The position numbers and the translations under genes were made by a program. Below the pieces are notes generated by a model. The model was not told the DNA's origin, searched no databases, and was given only the letters and a program-made list of their open reading frames with translations. A stretch of DNA of 63,870 nucleotides, filler included, from Dugesia japonica (lineage: Eukaryota), in NCBI GenBank assembly GCA_001938525.1. It is 5 parts of 5 records of this genome, joined end to end, with 100 filler letters (N's around TTAATTAATTAA, not from the genome) between each part and the next. Parts side by side here need not be neighbours in the genome. Positions count along the whole stretch, not along the records: positions 19,410 to 30,672 come from MQRL01595923.1; positions 30,773 to 40,058 come from MQRL01466533.1; positions 40,159 to 54,784 come from MQRL01608100.1; 2 more parts are not named here. One strand, 5' to 3'. Shown in pieces: positions 27,530 to 41,589 of this stretch (position 1 is its first letter; the number at the start of each line of letters is the position of its first letter).

Positions 27530-27765
27530 ACCAACCCAATGTCTCACACTTCAAGGGCTTCGTTGCATCCAAAAAGGATTTTATTGTGTATTTGGTGGAC
27601 AACAAAGGACATTATTTATTATGATCTTTTTGGAAACTGGTCAAACCATAACCTCTGAGTTACATTGTGAACAGCTACAGCGAGTACAGGAAGCACTCAT
27701 CAAGAAACAGCCATCTTTGATCAATTGAAAGAAAGTGCCATTGCTACAAGACAAGCAAGACAGCT
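27530..27765 (+). mobile_element. Mariner transposase fragment abutting pPolB
   Basis: LHPKRILLCIWW...ETGQTITSELHCEQLQRVQEALIKKQPSLIN..VPLLQD. Confidence 0.8.
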
Positions 27766-27769
27766 TTTA

Positions 27770-30018
27770 ATCCTTCTGCAATATCCATAGTATTTTTGAA
27801 TGTCACTTTNCTCGTATATGTAACATATTTCTTTTTATTATTGCAGAGTCGGAGATTCATTCCATTTTTTAAATTCACCACCGTCTTGCCGTAGAGATCA
27901 TTTTTCAGCATCTTTTAGAAATCCTTCTCAAACTTTGTATTGAAAGTCGCTCCTCTCGCTGAATTTGCGTTTATGTAATTTGCAAAAATCTCGGCCTGCT
28001 TAAATCTAATTATCCTATGTACTGCTGTCACACGAGCTTTAAGCTTTATATATAGTTCCAACAATTGCCAATAAATAATATAATGACTTTTAGGCTCATG
28101 TGTTAGTAGTAATTTCTTCACTTTTGATCCTGGTAGACATTTATGCTCTGGAGCCAAAGGTAATTGATCTAACCTATCATGATGTTTGATATGTATCTCC
28201 AGATCAATTTCAAACAGGTATCCAACTTCATTATTTTTGTTACCACCATATAATAATTTCTAGTACTCCCCTTCAACNNNNNNNNNNNNNNNNNNNNNNN
28301 NNNNNNNNNNNNNNNNNNNNNNNNNNNNNNNNNNNNNNNNNNNNNNNNNNNNNNNNNNNNNNNNNNNNNNNNNNNNNNNNNNNNNNNNNNNNNNNNNNNN
28401 NNNNNNNNNNNNNNNNNNNNNNNNNNNNNNNNNNNNNNNNNNNNNNNNNNNNNNNNNNNNNNNNNNNNNNNNNNNNNNNNNNNNNNNNNNNNCGATACGA
28501 ATCGAAGTGGTTCCAACCCATGTTTCTCAAGTGCTTTGTTCCTGAATGTTTGAAATACATCATCCAATAGATAAATATCCAACTTCATGTAATATAACAT
28601 GTCCCACAGCTATTGGCACATATTTTACTCACCAATCATCTTCCGGTATCAAAAGAGCTTCTATATCTGCGTATATTACAAATCACGGTGTCATGGTTTT
28701 TCCAAAATCGTTGAATATCAACTCTTTCTCGTCAGGCATTGTGTAGAATGTTGTTTTTCCGTTATCTGGCTGCATAGTGCTACATGTCAATCAAATGTAG
28801 CCTGTGTCTTGAATCCGTGCAGACACTTTTGACATGTATTCGACATTTTATTGATTTGACGTCTAAATTTAATAATCTTACAAATTTACCACACCCTTAT
28901 AATGATAATCTTTATTNCTTTCCAGCACCAACAAACTCACTGGGCGTCCAACTGGGGTTTTTGTTAGGAAAATCACATCAACGTGTGAATTTTTGTACAC
29001 AATTTCAGCATCTTTTTCTTCATCAAGTACTTCTTTAAATTTGAAAACAGTTATTGATAATTCATTTTCCCGCTCAAATTCAGGGGTATTGGTGAGCTTC
29101 ATTGGCATCTTCTGTTCATCATACACCAATTCATGTAAAAAACCATCGCATTTTTGCGGAAGATCACGATGATCCTTGATTATATTGTATTTAAGTACCG
29201 CCAAGATACTATAAATAAAATTTTATTATCATTGTTACAAACATGCACTATTGCTTTGCTTCCACGTAACGAATCAGAACTTTGAATGAATGAGCAACCA
29301 GATAAGTAAATTACAGAATCAAACTTCACAAAATAAGCCTGAGTTCCAATATTCTTCTAATTTTCCACTCACTACTGAGCTTAGAATAAGTTTCAATTTT
29401 TTAATTTGCTTTAGCCGTTATCTTTCCCATAAAATCATCCAAATATTACATCGCCTTGTAGGACCATGACCATTCCTTAATTTCCTCTTCTCCACCATTC
29501 TTCTTAAATTCTGCTTGAACTCCAAATTGGACTTTAGAATGTTTGAATTTCCGAATTGTTTCTTCTACTCTATCCTTTATATTTGCATGAATGTTAACCG
29601 CTTTCATCTTCAAATGATCCACCTTGAACTAGAGACTGACATAGATGTTATTAAAATCTGTCATTACATAGTCATTAGTAATTGTTGTCATTCTTTTTCT
29701 TTTCTTGTTTCCATCCATCTCTTCATTTTTATGAGTTATTTTTCGTTTCATATTCATTTTAACAAATTGCTGTTCATCACTCTCATTTTGTTTATAACAA
29801 ATTGCTGATGGGGATAACGATAAATCAATAAAACTAGCAATATTAAAATTTGTTTTTAATGAAAGTTGTTGCTCATCATTATCATCACGTGATGATGTTA
29901 ATGTTTCAATCAACCCGTATATACTAAAATCTATTTGTTTTCTTTTACTATTGTCGCCTAAAATCCTATCAATTGAATAAGACAGATTAGCATGATTAAT
30001 AGATAATCTATTAAACAT
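27770..30018 (-). pseudogene. Polinton protein-primed DNA polymerase B (internally deleted, decayed)
   Basis: N-terminal SSEWKIRRILEL (GSGW-equivalent) and KAIVHVCNND; exonuclease FVIYADIE; LDIYLLDDVFQTFR; KKLLLT...VHRIIRFKQ...YINAN...FEKDF*KMLKNDLYGKT. Confidence 0.9.
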
Positions 30019-30772
30019 GACTGAATGCTGTAGATAATTATTTAAATAATCGTTGTTTTTCTAAATCCTGATATTGATTTTTATAAATCTGAAGATAAAT
30101 AAATAAAGATCTTTTTAAATAAAATGAGTATGTTGTAATTAAATATATTAACAATAATTTTAATCAATTTTAAAGGGATCAATGTACANNNNNNNNNNNN
30201 NNNNCATTAAATGCATAAGTACACATAACTTATTATTATTTATTTATGTTTATAGTATGACAGTATATTATAGTATAATTTATAAATTGGTTATTATTAA
30301 ATTGTTATAATTATTAATTGTTATTGGAGTTTTACCCTAGAGAGGTTAATTCCTTATAATATTAAATCTAGGGGGGTCGAACTTTATGTAAAATAAAGTC
30401 TAGGGTAATTGACCTGGTAAAACCCCGCGATGAATTTGAATCTGGTGTCCCCAAAAANNNNNNNNNNNNNNNNNNNNNNNNNNNNNNNNNNNNNNNNNNN
30501 NNNNNNNNNNNNNNNNNNNNNNNNNNNNNTTTTTACATGATACTCGCCTGATTTACTAAGCACAATTAGCCTTTTCAATTATCCACCTATAATTTTCAGC
30601 TTTGTGGAGTGTTCATTAATTCGGTCACTCTATATTTGATTATAATTTTAATAGCTATATTATCAATTCAGANNNNNNNNNNNNNNNNNNNNNNNNNNNN
30701 NNNNNNNNNNNNNNNNTTAATTAATTAANNNNNNNNNNNNNNNNNNNNNNNNNNNNNNNNNNNNNNNNNNNN

Positions 30773-30826
<54 letters not shown>
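30773..30826. repeat. (TTA)n microsatellite; (AAT)n also at 31385-31414 and 39990-40058
   Basis: Read directly from the sequence. Confidence 0.95.
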
Positions 30827-30829
<3 letters not shown>

Positions 30830-31384
30830 TTTTGATAATTATCATCATTATTTTAATATTTATATTTTGGATGTTTATTATAAATTTGGAAATTGAAATT
30901 TGAACTTTATTAACTACATTTCACAAAACAGATTTCATTTGTTAATAATTTAAATAAGTCTTATCTTATCATTAAAATACTTATCCATCATTAAAACAAA
31001 TAATCCAATTATTGGTAAAATATTTTTTATGTTTAATTACTTTATTTTATATTTTAGATGATAACAGTAGGTATTGTCAATAGTCTATTAATTTATAGTC
31101 TATTTTATTAGTTTACTTACTCATGATTAAATTTTACAAAGTAATGAAAACTTTAAATCTAAATGGTTATCTTTTCTATTAGTAAACATACCAAATGTAA
31201 ATGAATAAATTTTCCTTCGAAAAAAATGTAAATTTTGAAACTACACATAATTTTCATACCAAAACTTTATTTTAATTTATTTTAATTTCTTGTTTAATTT
31301 GTGACTTCTAATTTTTAAATGACATTTTAAAAAATAAATCCCAATCAAAGCACACAAATTTCAACTCGTTTCAAAACCACTCAC

Positions 31385-31415
<31 letters not shown>

Positions 31416-31554
31416 CAAAAAACGATGGCAAATGTTTAATAAAAAATAAGTAACGCCATTTAAAATAAAACTTTATTGTTAAATTAAATTTTTTAACAAT
31501 TTTTTAATAAAAAATTTCTTTATATAATATTTTATTACTTTAACCTAAAAAATC

Positions 31555-31628
31555 ATACATATTATCAATTTAAATGCAATGGATGTGATGCCACATACAT
31601 TGGAGAGACAGCCCGTCATCTCTGTAAT
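31555..31628 (+). mobile_element. Penelope-like element GIY-YIG endonuclease fragment
   Basis: YQFKCNGCDATYIGETARHL. Confidence 0.75.
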
Positions 31629-32759
31629 ATCGATTAAATCAATCAAAAAGTTATATTCTTAAATAAGACAATAGTTGAAAATTCGAATAATAAAAGGAAA
31701 CAAAATAAATTTTTTTTTCTAAGTTTATATTTTAATGAAAATTTAATATTTCCAATTGCAATTACAGCATTATGAAATATATAATTTATATATCTATATA
31801 TTGGTAGTTAAAAATTATTTATTTCATATTGTTGTAATTGGTTGAAATCTTTCTATTGGCTGAAATTCTCCATTATGGGGCGCATTTAAGAACTGGGATA
31901 TATTTAATAAAAATTTATTTAAGAAGATGGAAAGTAGCGGGTTATACCATCTTATGTATCTACCACCAGGAATAGTGATGTAATGAAACTAAATCCCTGT
32001 GTTTAAAGTTGACAATTTAAAAATGATATCATATCAGGTAATCCAATAAAGTGGTATAGAGTTTTCCCTGTTTTTTTTTAATTCTGAAAAAAATTTCAAG
32101 CATTTTAGGCAACAAATTATTTTATGGGATTTTTACATTAATTCAAGTGAACAGCTCGGTGTGTTTAAACAATTAATTTTAAATCAAATATTTGATGGAA
32201 TCCGGTGAGCCTCCCGAATTTTCAAAAACATTTTTTACAATTTTTAAACAAATAGATATTTTGAAAATTTCGACTCGGAAATTTNCAAAGATTATTTGGG
32301 TTCTTCAAATATCTTATACAAAATTTTTTGAAAAACTTTTTTCTTCTAAAAAAATGTTAACAAAGTGTTTATTCGCTTGGGAACTCTATGCCAGTTACAA
32401 AAAATGTGGTTAAAATAAATGAAAAATCTCAAATTCTGAAATTTGGCGCTCAATTTTCTTTGTGTACATTATAGTTATGGACTCAGATTTGGTTTCATTT
32501 AAGAAAAATTGACTGGACAAATTTAAATTATTGTCTCGTCAAAAGTGTTTCTTAACGAAGATATACTAAGATAATCTGGATTTGATGAACGCTTAGTAAA
32601 TTGCTGATAAAGTTCTTTGACTTCTGTGTAATTTATGAAAATTTATAATGACATCTAGGAATTTTTTAATATTTTTTTATTAACTTATAGTAAATTTCAG
32701 ATAAATTTAGATATTTTCTAGTAAAGCTTTGTTTAATTTATTATTCTTCAAGCAAACTT

Positions 32760-33420
32760 TAGAAATATTTCCGTGACATAAGAATTATATTCAAAACGCA
32801 AGATCATTTGGGTATCCAATTACAGTAACCAAGACAAAACTTATGTGGTTACAAAATGCATTTGTGATGGTAGAAAAATATGCGATAAGAAAAATGTCAC
32901 TTATAAAATACCATGCAAATGATGTAATGAAACATATATAGGAGAAACATGCAGAACCATCTGAACAGAAATTAAGGAAAACTTTAAACAAAAAGAAAGT
33001 GAAGTCTTCGAACACTTTCAACACAAACATAAAATTTCACCAGAACAACCACACATTTCATGGAAAACACTCAGAATAGTCTACATTTCTAGGCTTCATA
33101 GGAAAATTATGAAGAACTACTAATTATAAAAGACTATTCGAAAACCAATGTAATTATTAATATTTAAATAAATAATTCAAAAAATTAAAATTAAATAATT
33201 AAAATGTAATAAAATTAATTCAAATAAAAATTACTATTGTAAAATAAATATTGAATAAATCAAAAATAGTCAATTCATGACGAAGACAAAGTCGTTAATA
33301 AGAATTTTTATCAAAACAAAAAAGACACAAAAAACCATTTTGATCGAAACTTTTATTTTAATGAATTCTGAAAAACGATCAATAGTTACGTCCAATAATT
33401 ATTCCAGCAATAATTGCTAT
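32760..33420 (+). mobile_element. Penelope-like element 3' remnant (GIY-YIG)
   Basis: KCICDGRKICDKKNVTYKIPCK*CNETYIGETCRTI; a diverged inverted copy lies at ~41590-42330. Confidence 0.75.
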
Positions 33421-35392
33421 TGTAAGAAAATTATGAAGGGATAAAAATGAGAGAACTAGTGAGAGGAGGCTAATAATAATGATGACAAGAAAGAGTGAGA
33501 TAGTTTATCTATTTTTATCATTCATAAATGACACAACTCTTTTATTAATCGTAAAAAGATGAAGTATTATAAACTATTATAAAACTAGTTTTAATTTACT
33601 TAAACATTTTTAAAATCAAAAATCTTAAAATCATAAAAGTACTTAGTAAAACACATTGATTTCAAATGTTCATATTCTCAGTGACAGTATCAAAATATTT
33701 AATTCTCTATGAGTATATCATAATGGTACTCTATTACTCATACAATCCACTAATTATTAACTCAATCAAACCTAATAATTCAGTCAATTATTCACGTAAT
33801 GTCACATTAATATAGAAAAATACTTTGAAAATAACGGTTGAATCATACAAATGTACATTATTTACCTATTAAGCATATTAGTACAATTCACTCGCTATAT
33901 TCAAATCTAAACATAAAAGTANAATATTGGTTATCAGACGGCTCTCTCCCTAGACAACTCTCCCCAAACACATAAAAATTTGCGCTCCACAATGGACGAA
34001 AATCGATTAAATGGTTGGCTTTGTCAACCTTACTATACAAAATGAATATAAAATATTTTAATCATGTATTTTATATAAAAAATATTTAAATTTAACTGAA
34101 CTCTTATTATTTTTGTTTTCTTTTATTTGTACGCCTGCATAATACTCGCTTCTTTCAGGTATTAATTTAAATATAAAATATTCTGTTCATCAATACAAAT
34201 ACAATATGAGTAATATAAATACTGCTCATGTGGTAATCTGACATCAACCATGAAAGAAATATATGAAAAGTAACGAATCTTATATATAATTACTTAGTAA
34301 AACACATTGCTTTCAAATTTCAATATTTTTCACTTTGAATAACGAGTATTAATAATTCAATTTTATGTGTGTATTAACCAATTAATCATCAATTTGAAAC
34401 ATTAATTTATACATTAAAAATTTTTACCAATGAACCTTTGAAATTAAATTATTAATTCTTTAAAGAAATTTTATTCAATCAAAGCAAAATTTAGAATCAG
34501 CATATAAAAATTTTAAATTCAACTTATAAATTCAAAATATTAAGAAACTATTTCACACGAAATAAAATAGTAATATCCAAATTGATAATAGAAATTATCC
34601 TTTTTTGATGAATTAAAAAAAATTTAGAATTACCCTTATTTGTTTTAGTATTTACTGAACGTGTAACCATATATTGTATAGGTTTTCCTGTTAATAATTG
34701 CAAAAGCTTAAATTTCACTGCTTGTTGTAATAAAAAGAATAAAGTTATTGTATTTACAGTTAAAATTAGTGTTTTAGAATCTTTACTTTTAATTATTTGA
34801 AAATTATTTATTCAATCAATTTTATGGGTTAATTTTAATGAATAGTTACAAATTATTCAAATTATCTTTTGTTTAATAAAAATTTCCTATTATAAATTAA
34901 AGTTTGAAATTATCTATGTTCAGCAAATATTTAGAAATTATTTCAATGTATCTAATTCTTAATAAAAAATTACAAGTAAAATATAGAACAGGGTAAATAA
35001 CTAAATATGAATGCAAGATTTACAGAAAAAGTATTTAATTCAAATGAAATTTTATTAGCATTAGAAGTGATTATTTATTATGCTTTCACATGGATCGTCA
35101 ATCATAGAAAGAAAAGTATTTGCAAATTACTGGGTTATAAAATTTTTAGTCGAATTTAGCATTTTATTCAAATTAAAGTTTAAATTTATAAGTGGAATCT
35201 TTGGTTTAATACAAATTTTAATGTAGGTTTAAAGTATTTAACAATCATCAAAAAACTGTTTTTAAATAATATTTAAAAAACTTTTTAAACTGAGGACAAT
35301 TTTAAAACTTATTTCTTATCCAAAGTAAAATTAATCTAATATCTTCATGGCTCTTACAANNNGCATGAACGAAAATGGACTATAAATAATAT

Positions 35393-35595
35393 TGTTAGTA
35401 ACTGATAAACTTTCTTAAAAGTCCATTAAATTCAATAAATTTTTATTTATAACACAAAATTTCAAATTTTCAAAAAACTGTTTTCAAAAGCTGAATATTT
35501 AAACAAACCTTTTAAATGTTTTAAAAAATTCTTGAAATCTTTTATAACATTTTCTTCAAACTTTTATTTGCGATTTTCAATTTTTAATCCTTACA
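35393..35595 (-). repeat. 3' LTR of the short Gypsy element
   Basis: Direct repeat of 38245-38458; preceded on the minus strand by a purine tract. Confidence 0.9.
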
Positions 35596-38244
35596 TCCCT
35601 TCGATTAAAAGAATTTTTTAAGCTTTTCTACGTTCCTTTCTAGCTCTTTTAATTTGTATTGCGTATACGATATCGTCTCTCATGTACCTTATCCGTGATC
35701 TTGTATGGACCAACGTATCTTTCATTGTCTTTTGTTCTAGTTTCTAGTTTAATCAATACTTCGTCTCCCACTTGAAATAGTCTTTTTGTAGGTGTTTCTT
35801 CCATTAACTCTTTGTCATCTTTTTGACTGTCAAACCATTGTTCTCTGTGAATTCTCCTGCCGAATACTTATTCTGCTGGTGATATCCCATATGTCTTTTG
35901 ACTTGTCGCATTCATTATGTATTGAATCTTCGGTATCCTGTTACTCCAATCCTTTCTTCTGTCTTCATCTGTGGCTGCGTTAATACAGTCTCTAATTGTG
36001 CAGAATTGTCTTTCTAAAATTTCGTTTGTATTGTGATGGTACAGACTTGAAAATTATATTTCTATATTCATCGATTCCATCAGATTCTTGAAGTTTTTCG
36101 ATTCAAATGTCTTACAGCTGTCTGCCTGAACTTCTCTCGGTGCTCCAAATCTCAGGATCCATTTTTCCATTATCACTTTTTTAATTGTCTCATCATCTTG
36201 CTTGCTGATTACCGTTAGGCTTATGTTTCGAATGTATTAGTCTATTATTCCACATATATCTCTTCATCTGTTCACAGTCTCTCGAAAAGGTCCCCATATG
36301 TCCATATATATCTTTTCAAATGGAAAATTTGCGCTTAATTTTACTGTTGTCTTTTTCGTTGCCACTGTATTAACTTTGTTCTTTGGGCACGCTTTACACT
36401 GTCTTATCACTTCTGTAATTGTCTTCTTCAGTTCTTCCATGTCGTTAATGCTGATTATATAGCTGATCATTTTCTCTGTTCCTGCACTCTATACTTTGAA
36501 TTCTTTCCTTCTTGAATATCTCGTTTGATTAGTTTGATTTCCTCTATTTCTTCTTGCCATTTACATCTCTCTATCGTTATTATCTGATTAATCTGTCTTG
36601 TTTTCATCTTCCCCATCTTTGGATTTGCATTTTGTATTTGACATTGAATGCACGTTCCGCATTTCATTCTTGAGAGTATATCTGCGTTTATGAGTTTTTC
36701 GCCTTGTCTATGTATTAGTTCATTGTTCATCTTCATAATCCTTTCGTTAAACGGTATCCAAACTGGCGTTACATGTCTATTCCTCCAACAAGATTCGAGC
36801 TCATTTCTTCCACTACGTTGAATTGTACTGTTTTCTGCACTTATTTGCACATTTTAACATGTCATCAGTTCCTATCAGCGCCACATTTGCCAGACTTATA
36901 ATAATATTGAGGCTCATCACTTTTTTTGCACCTATATTCAAAAGGCAGTCCATATATTTTCCGTGAATTCTAAATTCCACACTGAGCCTACTTTGCATCC
37001 TATCATAATTTATTTTTACTTGTTCATTCTCTTCTAATACCATTATTCTGTTATCAACACTTCTTGTTTCTTTCATTATATTGATATCTGCATTATATAT
37101 ATCTTTGAAATCTTTCTTTAAAACCACATAAACGTTTCTGTCGACTCTTTCCTATTGAGTTTCATCTTTTATACTATTAATTAAACTACTTTTACTATAC
37201 ATATGTATCTCGCGATCTGGATTGTTTTTCAGTTGATTGCTCTATCATCTTCATCCTCTTCTACCATTGCGTTTACAGATCTACGGCTGTCTCTTTTCCT
37301 AAATGCATTATTAACTGATGTCTTCCCACTCAGCTTTGAGAATCTGTTATTATCGTTATATCTTCTGTTTGTTTCCTCTCTTCGGTTGTATTGTGCTGCT
37401 TCGTTTCTTTGTTCATTATTCTGCTGTCTTCTATCATTAGTCCACATACCTCTTTTCTCCAAATTAGAATAACATTGTTCTGTATGATGTCCATTTTTTC
37501 AACATTTTGATCATCTAATTTTGTCACAATTCCTTCTTATATGATTCTCTGATCCGCATGCGTAATACATTCTTTTCTTTTCCGGACAATTTCTGCTGAT
37601 ATGACCTATCTTCTGACATGACCAACATGTAATTTCTTTTTAATCTTCACTTTGAGTTCCGTAAACGGTTGAAAAGCGTTCTTTTGTCATGCCTCTTTTT
37701 ACTGCATTGCTGTAACTCTCAAATGTATTTATATTATTTGTTTCTTCCAGGTCATCCTCATTTGTTTTTATTGTTTCAAATATCTCTTCCGAGTTAGCTA
37801 GTTTGCCTCCTTTAATCTTTATTTGCATTCTTTTGTCGCGGCAACTATTGAATATTAATTCTTTTGTCATCTCTTCTTTGCCTAGTTTGTGTGCAAAGAT
37901 TTTATTGACCAGTGTTAAAATCTGTTTCTTGTGAACATAAACGTGTTCATCCGTTCCCTTGTATTTTAAAGCTTCCACTAAGTCTTGTATTAAAGTAGTC
38001 TTTTTGTGGAACGCTTTTCTCAGTCGGTCCTCAAATTCTAATAATTCATCTTGGCATTCGTATGCTTCTCTTAATTCTCGATCAATTAAGCCAACCACCA
38101 AGCGGTTTTTATCCTTTTTCTTTACACCAATACATTCGAAGTATTTTGTGCAACCATTGATAAACTGTTCAATATCGTCAAAATGCCAGTAAATTCCTGG
38201 GTGTAGTACTTCTCGAATGAGGTCCATTGAAGCGTTGATCGCCA

Positions 38245-38458
38245 TGTTAGTTACTGATAAACTTTCTGAAAAGGCCATTAAATTCAATAAATTTTTATTT
38301 GTATTACAAAATTTTAAATCTTCAAATCTTCCAAAAAACTATGTTTTTAAAAGCTGAATATTTAAACAAACATTTTAAATATTTTTAAAAATTCTTGAAA
38401 TCTTTTGAAACATTTTCTTGAAACTTTAAATTGCGATTTTCAATTTTTGATCTTTACA
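38245..38458 (-). repeat. 5' LTR of the short Gypsy element
   Basis: Direct repeat of 35393-35595; followed on the minus strand by a TGG PBS. Confidence 0.9.
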
Positions 38459-38840
38459 ATGTTTGTGTAATACTAGTTCATGAATTATATCAAATATTTA
38501 AATTGCATTTATTTATTATCAATTACTAGTTAAATGAAAAAGTATTTTTTATCTATATTAGTTTGGATAAAAATTGAAATAATTTAAAATTAGATTTTAG
38601 AAGTCAAAATTATGATTAAATGAAAACTAACAGATGTGAGTCCAGCTTAGTGTAATGAGCATGTTCAATCATATCTAAGCATGTAAAACTGTATCTGGGT
38701 ATATTAGACCTGCCTGAATACATTGAAGCTTATATGAACAGATTTAAGTATATATGGGTCTAATATAAGTGTAATGAACATGTTCAATAATATTTCAGCA
38801 TCTCGAATCATTAATTTAATACATTAATTTAATTTAACTA

Positions 38841-39970
38841 TTAGGTTGATGAAATAAAGATCTCAACTTTAAATTAGTACAACTCAGCTTTCAAACAAGT
38901 TTATTAATCGAAATAAAAATTACTAGAATTAACGCAATTTTGCCAACGTGAAACAAGTTTATTTAAAACGGTAGTATAGAAATCCGAAGTTCTGGTGGCG
39001 ATGAAGTTGGCAAAGGCGTTTTTGGCGTCGTCTTGGTTTTTGAAGCATTTCTCATAGAGAAAATTGTTCAGATGCTTGAAAAAGTTATAGTCGGTGAGCG
39101 AGAGGTTTGGCGAATATGACGGATGAAGAAGAGTCTCGTAGTCTAATTCGTGAAATTTCTGCAGGGTTAGTTGTGCGACGTGCGGTTGAGCGTTGTCATG
39201 GAGAAGAATTAGTCTTTTTCTAATGACCAATGCTGGACACATACGTTGAAGCTTCTAGTGCATTTCTTCAATATGTTGACAGTACTTTTCTGCTGTAATC
39301 GTTTCACCCAGATTCAGGAATTTTTATGGATAAGACCGGCTGCAGATCACCAAACAATCACCATAACCTTTTTTGTTAAAATGTCAGCTTTGAAAAGTGT
39401 TGTGATTGTTGATTGCGGTTCAACCACTGCAACAAACGTCGCTGGTTGTCATAAAAAATCCACTTTTCGTCGCACGTTATAATTCGTTCAAGAAAATGAT
39501 CGTTTTTTGTTGCGCAAAACGAGCAAAGATGCAACTTCAAAACGACGATTTTTTTCTGTTCTGTCAATTAGTGTGACACCCACTTATCGAGCTTTTTGGT
39601 CTTTCAAATTTTCTTCAAATGACAAACGACGGTTCAGCTCTTCAGCAACTTCTCGTGTAGTTTTGCGAGAATCAGCCTCGATTAACAGCTTCAATTACTT
39701 ATTATCAATATCTAATGGACATCTGGCATGAGACTCATCATCGAGGCTGGTATTGCCAGAACGAAACTTCTGATAACAACCATACACCGCACATTCGTTG
39801 ACACTTGACTTGCCACAAACTTCGTTGATGTTTCAGCGGTTTGAGCGGCATTACGTCCTAGCTTGAACTCATAGAAAAAAAATACGGCGGAAATCGCGTT
39901 TCAACATCTGTGAATAAAAGCCAAATTATAGGCATAAGAAAAATTACTTTAAATTTTAAATAAATATTTA
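38841..39970 (-). mobile_element. Mariner transposon, pseudogenised
   Basis: FFYEFKLG start, FLERIITCDEKWIFYDN, LHDNAQPH and HPSYSPNLSLTDY; TTAGGTTG TIR-like end at 38841. Confidence 0.92.
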
Positions 39971-39982
39971 GAACATATATAC

Positions 39983-40058
<76 letters not shown>

Positions 40059-40158
40059 NNNNNNNNNNNNNNNNNNNNNNNNNNNNNNNNNNNNNNNNNN
40101 NNTTAATTAATTAANNNNNNNNNNNNNNNNNNNNNNNNNNNNNNNNNNNNNNNNNNNN

Positions 40159-41010
40159 TCTATAAAATGCTGCATGAGTCCAATGAAACGAGCTGCTTGA
40201 TGGCCAACGAGAACGGCCATAAAAGTCTTCAAGCCATATCATGTTTTGCGTTATCCACAGACTTGCTGAGAGTTTGGATACGAATGGACGGGAAATCTTT
40301 CAGTGCTTTGTTGGATACATGCAGTAGGGTTTTCTTAATAAGGAGTGGGGTAAGAAAACACGCAAAGCTTAACAGCATGTGTGGTACGCGTTTGGAGTCG
40401 GTGAATGGGAGTGCACTGAATATACTGGGAAAGTGTNNNNNNNNNNNNNNNNNNNNNNNNNNNNNNNNNNNNNNNNNNNNNNNNNNNNNNNNNNNNNNNN
40501 NNNNNNNNNNNNNNNNNNNNNNNNNNNNNNNNNNNNNNNNNNNNNNNNNNNNNNNNNNNNNNNNNNNNNNNNNNNNNNGTAAATTTCAAGTAATTGTGGA
40601 AAACCAGCATTCAAGAGTCAGCATGATGAATAGCATACCAAGCGAAGAAAAACTTTTAAATATATGCGCGACAATACCAGAGAATGATCACAACTTACTG
40701 ATTGATGACACGATTTCACAGCATGGTTTGACAGTGGTAAATGGACTGTCAGATGGAAGTTCGTTGTGGAAAATCCTATTGGTNNNNNNNNNNNNNNNNN
40801 NNNNNNNNNNNNNNNNNNNNNNNNNNNNNNNNNNNNNNNNNNNNNNNNNNNNNNNNNNNNNNNNNNNNNNNNNNNNNNNNNNNNNNNNNNNNNNNNNNNN
40901 NNNNNNNNNNNNNNNNNNNNNNNNNNNNNNNNNNNNNNNNNNNNNNNNNNNNNNNNNNNNNNNNNNNNNNNNNNNNNNNNNNNNNNNNNNNNNNNNNNNN
41001 NNNNTATTGG
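40159..41010 (+). mobile_element. LTR-retrotransposon aspartic protease region remnant (gappy)
   Basis: MDGKSFSALLDTCS...LESVNGSALNILG. Confidence 0.65.
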
Positions 41011-41589
41011 GTAAGATTATTAATTAATAATTATTTCCTCATAGGTTTATTGATTGTATTTAGTTTTATAGGGTTAAATGGACTTGGATAGTATAACTAT
41101 TAAATAAATTAAATGTATGAATGGTTAACTGTATCGAAATTATATTTGAATGTATGAAATTACCGTACACTTATATTATTAGTACATAAATATAAAAAAC
41201 ACTAAAAATTTTATCAAGTTTTATTTAATAGTTATGACTTAATTGAACGAATTTAAAATTATGAATATAAGAACGATGATCGATTTGGTCATTGGATGTA
41301 ACAATTCTTTATGGATCAATTACCATTAAAGGACCTAAAAATGTCACCGATATAGAAATTCAAATTTTCAACACATTTTTTTCAGTAATAATGACTTTTT
41401 GATAGATTCAAAATCATAATAGATTTTTGGTAAAAAATTCTTTATATTTTATCAACATTTTATTGGTCTATTTAAATTATAATTTCATTATTTTGAAATT
41501 AAATCTCAAAAAATCTTTTTTTAATCAAATTAAATTGTAAAATAAATATTATTTATTTTTAAATATTAAAAATATTTTATAATTACAAT

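Larger units (their letters stand above)
35393..38458 (-). mobile_element. Short Ty3/Gypsy LTR element with both LTRs (gag-PR-IN; RT and RNase H missing)
   Basis: LTRs 35393-35595 and 38245-38458 (TG...CA); PBS TGGCGATCAACG; PPT ...GAAGGGA; near-TSD ATAT/ATGT. Gag 37640-38287, knuckle CWSCQKIGHISRNC, protease-like MDCLLNIGA, integrase FPFEKIYMDIWGP and SLYHHNTNEILER. Confidence 0.9.
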
